A model generated the notes under the pieces. That model worked only from the letters and a program-made list of their open reading frames with translations, was not told the DNA's origin and searched no databases. Positions 1-9,000 of a stretch of DNA of 17,971 bases are shown one piece after another; position 1 is the stretch's first letter; the number at the start of each line of letters is the position of its first letter. Source of the DNA: Pedosphaera sp. (GTDB lineage Bacteria; Verrucomicrobiota; Verrucomicrobiia; Limisphaerales; SIBH01); the NCBI GenBank assembly GCA_031414955.1, contig JANOQV010000091.1, forward strand, positions 1-17,971, read 5' to 3'. The translations under genes and the position numbers were made by a program.

Positions 1-32
1 TTGAGCGTCGTCCAGAGCATGGGTTGCCCCCG

Positions 33-1220
33 TCACCTATCCCCGCCCACCGCCTTCATCCCCACGCTGCTTCCGCGCTTGGCGATCTTTCGGCTCGTCG
101 TGACCTTTGCCACTGTGCCGGTCTTCAAATACATCGACTTCACTTTGTCGAGAATGGCGTCGCGGCGGTCGTAAAGGCGCTTTTGGCGGCGCGGTTTCAC
201 GCGGCTCAACATGTAGGCGGTGAGCAACGGTAGTGAAATCGTCGAGTCGGTGTAGCAAACGACGCAGTCGGGCAGCGTGTCGGGATCGACCTTGCCCCAG
301 CTCACGGCTTCGGCGGGCGTCGCGCCGCTCAGTCCGCCGGTGTCGGGGCGTGCGTCGGTGCATTGCAGGAAATAATCGTGGCCTTTTTCCTCAATGCCCA
401 TGACTTCCTGAATCTGCGGCTCCGTCTGAAGCATGAAGTTTTTCGGAGAGCCGCCGCCGAGGATGAACACGCTGCTCTTGTGCTTCGTGGACTTCGCGTC
501 ATAGACGATGCCGGCGGTCTGGTTCACGTCGCGGTTCACGTCGAACATCAGCTTGGAGCCGCGCAAGGCCATCGCGGCCACGTTCATGCCGATGCTGCTG
601 TCGCCGGGGCTGCTGGTGAAAATCGGGATGCCGCACTCGTAGGCCGTCGCGAGCACGCTGGAATCTTTCAGCCCGAGTTTGCGTCCGCGTTCGGCGGTGT
701 ATTTGCCGAGGAGATAATGAAATTCATCCGTGCCCATCGGACGCTGGAACTCCGGCCCCTGGATCACCTCGCGCACGAAGGCATCGGTGTCGAGCAGCAC
801 GTTGTAATCGAAGAGCACGTCGTAGATGCGGATGACGCCGTCGCGATGCAGGTCCACGTCGTTGAGAAACGGCGAGCCGGAGTAGAGCTGCATGTTCAGC
901 CCGTAGTGCAGGTCGTGATAAAGATTCGCGCCCGTCGAAACGACCCAGTCCACGAAGCCCGCCTTCATCAAGGGAATCAGGCAGCTCTTGCCCAGCCCCG
1001 CCGGCGTGAGCGCGCCGGTGAGCGACATGCCAATGCAGCCGTTGTTCGGCAGCATCTTCTCCACGAGCAACTGCGCCGCCTCGCGCAAGCGCCCGCCGTT
1101 GTAGGCGAGGAAGCATTCGTCGATGAGGTCGGCGGCGGAAATGTTTTTGCCCACGCCCAGCGGATTGAGGCGCGGGTAGGCGGCGAATTTCTTCGAGACG
1201 GACTTGCTGTTCTTGCTCAT
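33..1220 (-). CDS. Deoxyhypusine synthase-like protein (bacterial SpeY-type, probably homospermidine/polyamine biosynthesis), 395 aa
   Basis: DHS family motifs: [65 protein letters not shown] (catalytic Lys present). Start taken at ATG 1220 (MSKNSK); the 45-aa upstream extension in the ORF track is not DHS-like. Confidence 0.9.
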   Translation of the reverse strand: MSKNSKSVSKKFAAYPRLNPLGVGKNISAADLIDECFLAYNGGRLREAAQLLVEKMLPNNGCIGMSLTGALTPAGLGKSCLIPLMKAGFVDWVVSTGANLYHDLHYGLNMQLYSGSPFLNDVDLHRDGVIRIYDVLFDYNVLLDTDAFVREVIQGPEFQRPMGTDEFHYLLGKYTAERGRKLGLKDSSVLATAYECGIPIFTSSPGDSSIGMNVAAMALRGSKLMFDVNRDVNQTAGIVYDAKSTKHKSSVFILGGGSPKNFMLQTEPQIQEVMGIEEKGHDYFLQCTDARPDTGGLSGATPAEAVSWGKVDPDTLPDCVVCYTDSTISLPLLTAYMLSRVKPRRQKRLYDRRDAILDKVKSMYLKTGTVAKVTTSRKIAKRGSSVGMKAVGGDR

Positions 1221-1356
1221 GCGGGGCGCATCTTTGCGAATGGGCGCGTGAAGGCAAAAGGAAATTGCGGACCACGATGTCTGCGGGTCGCAATCTGGCC
1301 TTGGCCCCGGACTTTCGTCCGGACCAATGCGACTGCGCTGGCCAACGCCATCCATG

Positions 1357-1391
1357 TAATACCAACTACTCTATTATCGCAGTTGGTATGA
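1357..1391. repeat. AT-rich short inverted repeat TAATACCAACT-N13-AGTTGGTATGA (mini-element or operator)
   Basis: 1357-1367 vs 1381-1391 match 10/11 as an inverted repeat, with a perfect 9-bp core, in an intergenic region. Confidence 0.5.
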
Positions 1392-1415
1392 GTCGTTCTC
1401 CGAAGCCTGAGGGGG

Positions 1416-1442
1416 AAAGCGGTAGAGGGCTGCCGCAGTCCC
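1416..1442 (-). repeat. Solo REP-like hairpin (GGAC-T-GCGGCAG-CCCT-CTACCGC-TTT)
   Basis: Reverse complement fits the tetramer + pyrimidine + 7-bp GC..GC stem grammar of the other repeats, with one stem mismatch. Any partner arm (~1329-1350) is badly decayed. Confidence 0.55.
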
Positions 1443-1467
1443 AGCGCTGCACAATCAGCCGTTGTAT

Positions 1468-3267
1468 TTACTGGGACCTGAGGCCAGCCCACCACGCCTT
1501 TGCTTCCGCGCTGGCCGCATGTTCCCAGATGAAGTTCACAATCGGCGTTGAGTCGTCCAGCCCATGCGGATGGTGCTTCACGCCCGGCTTGCGGATGAGC
1601 GTGATACTGCCGCCGAGCTTTTGAAAACGCTCCGCGATCAAGCCGGTGTTCTCCTCCCACGGCACCACTTCGTCCGCGTCGCCGAAGACGTGGAGCAGCG
1701 GCACCTTGGCAGCGGCGAGCGGGGCGAGGTTATCGACGGGGTTCTTCGCGTAAGCCTTCGCTTCGTCATCGGACTTGAAGCCGTGGAGTTTCAGAATCAA
1801 CTGCCAGTCGCGCTCGCTGCGCTTGCCCTGGCCGAAGCCGCCCGGCCAGCTCTTGAAGTCGCAGACGGGCGCGTCGGCGTAGAGGCAGGCGACCTTTTCC
1901 GGATTGGCTGCCGCCCAGTTGTAGCAATACAGCCCGCCGCGACTCAGCCCGACGAGCGCGGCCTTCTTCGCGAAGCCGTATTTCTCGGTCAGCGCACGGT
2001 GGAAAACATTCCAATGCGCCACCGCCGGCGGCGTGCCGAGCATGTCTGGCACGCTCAGGTAAACGACGTGGAAGCCGCGACCGAGCAATGCGATGTCCGG
2101 GTTGGGCTTGTGCCCGAAAAATTCCCCATGCCAGACCCACGGCTTGCCCGGCGCGTTCGTCCTCGGTGTGACGACGAGGACCGGTTTACCATCGACCGTG
2201 AAGTCGTAGCGGTCGAAGCCATTCCACGCGGACTTCTTGCCGGGGAATGGAGCGGTTGGATCGGAGCGCCGAGCATCGCTCGGCCCGGCAGGAGTATCGC
2301 CACCCGTGCCGAGCGATGCGCGGCGCTCCGATTGTTGCTTCGCCAGCGAGCGAATTTGCGTGTCGAGCCCTGCGGCTTTCGCCTGCGCCTCCGCCAGCGG
2401 TAAACCTTTGGCCATGCCGGGACGCTGGTGGCCGGTGTCAGTCAGCCACGCGTCCTTCAACACGCGCTGCTTCTGTTGCACCAGCTTCAAGATGGCCGCG
2501 CCGTTCGCATGTGGGGCCATCATCTCCACCACGCTTTCGACCTTGGCGAGATCCTTCGCGCCAAGATGCAGGAGGATCTGCTTCGCCATGATCCAGTGGC
2601 CGAGTTCGCCCGCGTGAACGCCGTCCCCGGCGAGGAAGAACTTCGGATCGGCCTGGCGTCGTTCGACCAGCACTCGCTTCATCGGCTCGTGCAAGTCCAC
2701 TACGTTCCAGCCGGCGGCGCGCTGACTCATCATCCATTCCGCGTAACGATCGAGCGTATTGCCGTAGCCCGGCCCCCGGCCCTTCATCTCGTCGAAGACC
2801 GGCGGTGTGACGTGAATGATCTTCGCGCCCGCCGCCGTCACCTTTTCGCGCAACCGCACGAGGCCATTGCTGAACGCCGCGAACCGTTCCGGCGCGTACG
2901 GCAGGTAGATGCCGTCGTTCATGCCGTAGCAGGCGATGACGGTATCCGGCCTCACCTTCTCCAGCACGCGCCCCAGACGTTCGTGCAGATCGGGCCGGGG
3001 AAATTGTCCGCCCGCGTGGCCGTCTTCGGACAGGCCCGAGACCGTTTCGCTCGGCAGGCCCACATTGAGGAACTCGATCTGCCGATCCGGAAAGCGCGTC
3101 ACGAAATATGCCGCCATGGAATCCACGTACTGTCCCGAGTGGGTGATGCTGTCGCCGAGCACGAGGACGCGCCGGGCGCCGGGCAGCAGGACGTCGGCAG
3201 CGAGCACGGAGGCCGCGGAAAGCATTAACGCGAGGGCGGAGACGCAAAGTTGGAGGCAAGGCTTCAT
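1468..3267 (-). CDS. Secreted two-domain esterase: N-terminal SGNH/GDSL hydrolase + C-terminal alpha/beta hydrolase, 599 aa
   Basis: Signal peptide MKPCLQLCVSALALMLSAASVLA. SGNH blocks LVLGDSIT, NVGLPSE, YGMNDG, DGVH. Second domain has the GLSRGG nucleophile elbow, GDADEVVP (Asp) and HHPH (His). Start ATG at 3267. Confidence 0.85.
   Translation of the reverse strand: MKPCLQLCVSALALMLSAASVLAADVLLPGARRVLVLGDSITHSGQYVDSMAAYFVTRFPDRQIEFLNVGLPSETVSGLSEDGHAGGQFPRPDLHERLGRVLEKVRPDTVIACYGMNDGIYLPYAPERFAAFSNGLVRLREKVTAAGAKIIHVTPPVFDEMKGRGPGYGNTLDRYAEWMMSQRAAGWNVVDLHEPMKRVLVERRQADPKFFLAGDGVHAGELGHWIMAKQILLHLGAKDLAKVESVVEMMAPHANGAAILKLVQQKQRVLKDAWLTDTGHQRPGMAKGLPLAEAQAKAAGLDTQIRSLAKQQSERRASLGTGGDTPAGPSDARRSDPTAPFPGKKSAWNGFDRYDFTVDGKPVLVVTPRTNAPGKPWVWHGEFFGHKPNPDIALLGRGFHVVYLSVPDMLGTPPAVAHWNVFHRALTEKYGFAKKAALVGLSRGGLYCYNWAAANPEKVACLYADAPVCDFKSWPGGFGQGKRSERDWQLILKLHGFKSDDEAKAYAKNPVDNLAPLAAAKVPLLHVFGDADEVVPWEENTGLIAERFQKLGGSITLIRKPGVKHHPHGLDDSTPIVNFIWEHAASAEAKAWWAGLRSQ
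2260..2332. repeat. REPIN-like doublet located in-frame in the esterase linker
   Basis: Arms 2260-2284 and 2308-2332 form a 24/25 inverted repeat. Each arm is GGAG-C-GCCGAGC-ATC-GCTCGGC (own 7-bp hairpin; one mismatch in the right arm). Spacer 23 nt. Confidence 0.85.
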
Positions 3268-3408
3268 GGGCGCGAGCGTAGCGACAGAAATCTTAGGCTC
3301 CAAGATCCAAGCACCGGCGAAACAAGCCGCCCTGGTCACGGCAAAGCCCAGGCTCGGCAAGCATTGGCGTATCGACTCCACGCCGTTTCTGGGGTAACAA
3401 TCGCGTAT

Positions 3409-5700
3409 ATGCGATCCGTCGGAATGGCCTTCCTTCAACTGCTGATCACGGCACTCCCGGGCATGGCAGCCAGCGATACCGTCGGCTACTGGGACGCGCG
3501 CTTTTTCGCGCCGGGCGTCAACGAAACCATCCAGGGGCTGGCCGCGCACGGAACGAATCTGTTCGCGGCCGGACCATTCAACGGCGCAGGCGAGGTGGCG
3601 GCCAACGGCATCGCGCGCTGGGACGGCGCGCGGTGGCACGCACTGGGCGAGGGCATCCCTTCGCCGAACGGATTCAACTTCGCGTGGGCCGCCGCCAGTG
3701 ATGGGAGCAACGTGTGGATCAGCGGCATGTTCACCAACGTCGGCGGCGTGGAAGCCAATGGCCTCGCGCAGTGGAACGGCAGCGCGTGGTCAGACGTGGG
3801 CGGCTTCAGCGGACAGGCGGGAGGACTCGTCTATACCAACGGCGCGCTCTACGTCGCGGGCAACTTCACCCTGCCAGGCGAGACGAACGGCTACGCCGTC
3901 GGGCGCTGGAATGGCAGTGCGTGGGAAACCTTCGGCAGCGTGACGCCACTTTGCACTTCGGGTTGTTGGACGGGCATGCGGGTCTTTCTTCCGACGCGCT
4001 GGGGATTGCTGGCGGCGAACTTCCTCGGCGGCGCAGCCTATCCGGGTTCCTTCATCCTGTGGGACGGCACGAACTGGCAGTCCATGGCCGGCACGCCCGG
4101 TGCGTGGCCTTACTCAGTGGCCACGGATGGCCACAATGTTTACGCGGCGTGCGATGTCTCGGTCTATTCTTGGGACGGAACCAACTGGACGCAGTTGGGC
4201 GTGGCGGATGACTGGCTGGGCGCGGTGGTCTGCGCACAGAACAAGGTATGGGTGGGTGGCCAGTTCGATTCCATAAACGGGGTTGCGGCCCAGAAGGTCG
4301 CTTGTTGGGATGGGACGAATTGGGCGCAGCCGGGCGCTGGCTTTCGCGAGTTCGACAACGTGCTGGCGCTGACCGCCACTTCGGACGGCGCAGTCTTCGC
4401 CGGCGGGCAGTTGTGGTGGAGCGGTTCCAACGCCATCAGCCACCTCGCGAAATTCTCGGAGGGCGAATGGCGCGCGGTAGTTTCTTCGCCCGCGCTCGGA
4501 TTGAACTCGCCGCTCGGCCTCCTGTTCTCGCTGACGGACGACGGCTCCAATCTCTGGGCGGGCGGCACGTTCTTCACCACCGGCCATTCGACCAACGGAC
4601 GGCTTGCGCGCTGGGATGGATCGAGTTGGGATTTCCTGCCGGGAGACATGCAGCCATTCAGTGGCTCGGTGCGCGCCATCGCGCCCAGGAACGGGCAACT
4701 CTACATCGGGGGCACCTTCACCAACATCGGCGGGACGGATTTCGCGCGGGTCGCGCACTGGAACGGCACGAACTGGACCGGGCTGGGCAGCGGCTTGAAT
4801 GATCGCCCGGAAGCCTTGCTCTGGTCGGGGACGAACGTGCTCGTGGGAGGACGTTTCACCAATGCCGGTGGCGTCGCCGCCAGCCGCATCGCGCGCTGGG
4901 ATGGGTCCGCATTTCATCCCTTGGCAGATGGGTTTGACGCCACGGTGCTGACGCTGGCTGAATTTGGCGGCGCATGGATCGCCGGCGGTAGTTTCACCAA
5001 CTCCGGCCCCACTCCAGTGCGCGGCCTCGCGCGCTGGGACGGCACGCAGTGGGCAATGCTGGGCGCGAGCCTGGACGGCGAAGCCCCGAGGGTCACGCGC
5101 TTGCATGCCCAGGGCGGGAAACTTTACGTCGCGGGCCAGTTCACTTCCGCCGGAGGCATCGCGGCCACGAACATCGCGGTGTGGGACGGCACCAACTGGG
5201 CGGCGATTGGCCATGGGATTCGAGGCAGTTCGTTGAACGGCCTCGCCCTCTACCGTGGCAAGTTGTTCGTGTCCGGTGTGCTGACCAACACGCTCGACGA
5301 GCGCACGGCGCTGCTGTGCTGGGACGGAACGAACTGGATGGATTTGCCAGCCCGCTTGCAGGAAGTGCTGTTGGGTGAGGGGCGGCTGTCTGGCAATAGC
5401 TTGTTGGCGTGGCGCGACGGGCTTTACGTCGGCGGCCGCTTCGATCGCGCGGGTTCCCATCCGGTCAGCGGAATCGCGCGCTGGGTGGAGGCCACGCCTG
5501 GACTAAGGATTCAGCGCGAGGGCGCGACGATGCGAGTGAGAGCGGCGGGCCTTCGCGGCGCGCTGCATTCCCTGGATGCCGCAACCCACCTGCCTGCGTG
5601 GAGTCTCAGCCCTCCCCAGCCCGCGTACGAGGATGAAGTCGAGTGGACAGTCCCTTTCACGAGTCCCGCCCAATTCTTTCGCCTGCGTGTGAAGCCCTGA
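3409..5700 (+). CDS. Secreted WDG-repeat beta-propeller protein (Kelch/Rax2-like repeats) with a C-terminal extension ending FFRLRVKP, 763 aa
   Basis: Signal-like N-terminus MRSVGMAFLQLLITALPGMAAS. About 13 repeats of LYVGGxFTxxGG..A..IARWDGxxW..LG.G. ATG at 3409. Confidence 0.8.
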   Translation: MRSVGMAFLQLLITALPGMAASDTVGYWDARFFAPGVNETIQGLAAHGTNLFAAGPFNGAGEVAANGIARWDGARWHALGEGIPSPNGFNFAWAAASDGSNVWISGMFTNVGGVEANGLAQWNGSAWSDVGGFSGQAGGLVYTNGALYVAGNFTLPGETNGYAVGRWNGSAWETFGSVTPLCTSGCWTGMRVFLPTRWGLLAANFLGGAAYPGSFILWDGTNWQSMAGTPGAWPYSVATDGHNVYAACDVSVYSWDGTNWTQLGVADDWLGAVVCAQNKVWVGGQFDSINGVAAQKVACWDGTNWAQPGAGFREFDNVLALTATSDGAVFAGGQLWWSGSNAISHLAKFSEGEWRAVVSSPALGLNSPLGLLFSLTDDGSNLWAGGTFFTTGHSTNGRLARWDGSSWDFLPGDMQPFSGSVRAIAPRNGQLYIGGTFTNIGGTDFARVAHWNGTNWTGLGSGLNDRPEALLWSGTNVLVGGRFTNAGGVAASRIARWDGSAFHPLADGFDATVLTLAEFGGAWIAGGSFTNSGPTPVRGLARWDGTQWAMLGASLDGEAPRVTRLHAQGGKLYVAGQFTSAGGIAATNIAVWDGTNWAAIGHGIRGSSLNGLALYRGKLFVSGVLTNTLDERTALLCWDGTNWMDLPARLQEVLLGEGRLSGNSLLAWRDGLYVGGRFDRAGSHPVSGIARWVEATPGLRIQREGATMRVRAAGLRGALHSLDAATHLPAWSLSPPQPAYEDEVEWTVPFTSPAQFFRLRVKP

Positions 5701-5772
5701 TGCCGCAGTCTCCGTTGCCCACTCAATTAAGTCCGCATTCCAAAGTTGAACCGCAGCCCGCAGTGCCTGGCC

Positions 5773-5881
5773 CCGGCACGCGGGTTTTCAACCCGCCGCG
5801 TGTGGCCGGGGCGGAAGTCGCAGGGACTATTTCGATCCTCGGCGGGAGCGACCTGCTGCGGGTTGAAAACCCGCGCACCGG
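5773..5881. repeat. REPIN-like doublet (stem GCGGGTT-TTC-AACCCGC)
   Basis: 5773-5799 vs 5855-5881 match 24/27 as an inverted repeat. Each arm has a 7-bp hairpin; 61 nt between hairpins. Lies between convergent genes. Confidence 0.85.
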
Positions 5882-5996
5882 TGAGGGATGCGGCCCGCCT
5901 GCGACCGGTCCGCCATTCCCGCCTCGGTCGGGTTGGGAGCCACCTCTTAGGGTTCCGGCCGATCTGACGCCGATCTCGGTCGTTCGGTCGTTAAAC

Positions 5997-6031
5997 AAAA
6001 AGCCGGCACCCGCCTCAGGCAGATGCCGGCT
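5997..6031 (-). terminator. Rho-independent terminator of the CotH-family gene
   Basis: Minus strand reads AGCCGGCATCTGCC-TGA-GGCGGGTGCCGGCT-TTTT, a 14-bp stem with two G.U pairs followed by a U tract, about 20 nt after the stop at 6050. Confidence 0.8.
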
Positions 6032-6049
6032 CGAGAGACGTTTCGTCCG

Positions 6050-9000
6050 CTACGGGATGAGCGGCGTGAGCACGCGGTAGTAACGCTCCGGATCCAGCCC
6101 CGGCGACACCACTGCGTCCACTGCCACCGTCCGCACCAGCGTTGAGTGGAAGATGTTCGTCACCTTCGTCCACAGCGCGTCGGACAGGTTGGTCCGGCAG
6201 AGCAGCGAGTAGGTCCGGTTGGTCTGGGCGGTGAACTGGAGGGTGTTCACGTTGGTCGCGGACTGCACCAGCTTCAAGAGGCTGAGCGCGTTGGTCGGAT
6301 TGGTGCCGGCATAATACTCATCGTGGTTGCTCATGCCGTCGCCGTCGCTGTCCAGCGGCCCGTCGGCCGGGCTATTGGTGCTGAAGCCGAAGTAGTTCGT
6401 CTCCCAGATGTCGGCCATGCCGTCGCCGTCGAAGTCGCGCAGCACGGTCATGGCCACCGACGAACTGTTCACGTTGCCGGCGGTGTTCACCACGTTGGCC
6501 CGGACGGTGAGGTTCGCCTGGGCATTGGGAAAGATGAAGATGCCGCTCGTGTTGGTCACGTAGCCGACGCCGTTGGTCAGCCACCGGTAGAAGATGGGCG
6601 GCGCGCCCGTGGCCTGGCAGATGAACATGGCGCTGTTGCCCTGCACGACCTGCTGGGCCAGCGGCTGGAGGATGATGCCGGGCCGCACCATCACAAACAC
6701 AAAGCCGTTGGTGCTGGTGGCGGTGCTGATGTCATCGGTCACGACCACGGAGAAGTTGCCGTGCCCGTTGGTCAGGTTCGCGTTCAGGAAGCTGAACGTG
6801 TTGTTGGTCGCGTTAAGAATGTTCGTGCCCTCAAAGCGCCACTGCCAGCGCAGCACGCCATTGCCCAGCGCCTGGGCGGACACGGTGACGTTGGTCGTCG
6901 GCTGCACGTTCTGATTGGTCGGCTGCTGGGTGAAGGCCACCGGGATTTGCACCGTGAGCAGCGCGTTCGAGCTGATGGTGTAGCCGGCATCGTTCAGGAT
7001 CGTGACCGAGTAAAGGCCGGCCTGGGAGGCCTGCACGTTGTTGAACTGGATGGTGGCGTTGGTTTCGCCGATCAAGTTCGTGGTGCCGCGCCGCCATTGG
7101 TAGGCGAGCGGCTCGGTGCCGGTGACGGTCAGGCTGATGTTGGTGCTGAGTCCCGCGATGGTCAGCACGTCGAGCGGCTGCTGCACAACCACCGGCGGCG
7201 TGCCCGTGGAACCCGGGGCCCCGGCGTTGGGCCGGGCGGCGAACCAATGCAGCGGCTCGTTGCCGTAGCCCGCCGCGTCGCTGGTGTCGGCCGGAAAGGC
7301 AGTGACCCGCCGCTGGAGCGATGGCCCGATGCCGTCCGCGCCCACGTCCCACGGCTCGTCGTCGCGGTAATTCACGCGCTCGACCAGGATGTAGGGCGTG
7401 CCCGAGAGGTCCGGCACGTCGGGCCGACGTAGTTCGACCTTCTCGCCCGAGTTGTCCAACTGGCCGGAGTACGGCCCGACAATCGGGACGTTGGTGGCCA
7501 CGCCATACTTGGCGCGGAAAGCCTGGAGCAGAGCCAGGTTCGTGGGATTGAAATTCGCCACGATGAGGAAGCCCTTGGCCGGCACCACGTCGTTGGTGCC
7601 GAAGGTGTAGTTGATGCCGTCGTCCACCCGCCAGCGATTGGTCGGATAAACTGGATCGTAGAGCGGCACCGCGTTCGTGGTGAGATTCTGCAACTCCACG
7701 TATTCATCGAGGGAATTGTCCACCCCGTTCACGTCCGGCGGATGATACATCAACTCGCTGATGATGAGCGGCCCGACGCGCGGCCCGGTGTTAGTGAACC
7801 CGAAGCTGTTCGTGCCCTGGGCCACGAAGTGTTCGTTGGTCAGGCTGTTGAGGTGGCGGCCAAAGGCCACGCCATTCTCGGACGCGTCGAAGTCGAAGCC
7901 GTGGTAGTAGCCGCTCAATTCCCCGGAGGGCAGGCCGGAGAAGAGGTACGCCTGATCGCCGTGCGAGCTGAACAGGAAGGCGTTCGCGCCCGAATTGAAG
8001 TCGGACTCGATGAAGACCGCAAAGCCGCCGGCCGGAATGATGCGCGGCGCGGGGATGCGGAATTTGCGCGGAGTGAGGAAGTCATCCGAAATCCACCAGT
8101 CGCCCACATCGACGGCGTTGGTGGTCGGGTTGTGAATCTCGATCTGGTCGTAGTCCGGCAGATCGGTGTGCGCGAGCACTTCATTGACCACCACCGCGCC
8201 CACCACGACCGGGGCGGGATCGACGACGCCGGGTGAGCCGTTGACCGCGCCGCTCGCGCGCCAGGCAGCTTTGGTGTCCCAAGCGTGCCAGTCAGAATTC
8301 TCATCGACGATGACGAGCGAGAAGCCATTGCCATCGGTCATCGGGTACCAGGTGTTGTTGTAGGTGAACTCGAGGATGATTTCGCCAAGCACATCATCCA
8401 ACTCGACCTTCTCGCCGGCATTTTCCAGCAGGCCGATGTAAGGCCCGGTGACATTCAGCACGCCCGGATAGCGGAGGGCAAAGGCGCCGAGATTCTTGGC
8501 CAGGATGAGCGTCTCGCCAGGATTCAAGTTGGTGACGTTGGCGCTGCTGAAAGTGAACTCAACACCATTGGTGAAGTGGACGCCGTTCAGGTTCAGCGCC
8601 ACCGGCCCGATGTTCTTCAACTCGATGTACTCATAATCCTCCTGCAAATAAGGACCGGCGAGCGGCGCCGGCGGATGGTACATCATTTCCGTGATGCGGA
8701 GGTATTGCTGGGCCAGGCTGGGCGTGCCGGTGTAGGTGAGCGAAGCGTTGGTCTGGCCGGCCGCGTTGAGCAACACCAGCGTGTCGCCGCGCGCGGACAA
8801 CTGGTTCTGGTATGGCCCGGTGGCGAACATGCGCTGGCCGGCGCGCGGGCCGCTGGGCCGGGCGCGGAAAGCGACGAGATTGGGCGTGAGGAAGATGCGG
8901 TTGGTGACGCCAATGACGGTTCCGGGCAGGAAGGTGAAATCGGCCTCGCCCTTCAACTTCCAGCCGCTGATGTCCACCGCGAAGGCGTTCGTGTTGCGGA

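Noticed and set aside
1..20. Possible start of a downstream minus-strand gene (MLWTTL…)
   Set aside because: Only six codons are visible, so it cannot be supported as a feature.
363..1391. 342-aa plus-strand ORF (and 1564-2403, 2428-3228)
   Set aside because: Antisense shadows of the DHS-like and esterase genes; expected from GC-rich codon bias and with no recognisable motifs.
3600..5490. Recurring TGGGACGG(C/A)AC motifs resembling a CRISPR or tandem array
   Set aside because: They are the coding WDGT(N)W repeats of the beta-propeller; spacing is irregular and in-frame, and there are no cas genes.
5643..6080. 145-aa ORF (and 5723-5998 minus) between convergent genes
   Set aside because: Spans a REPIN and a terminator; Pro/Arg-rich with no coding features.
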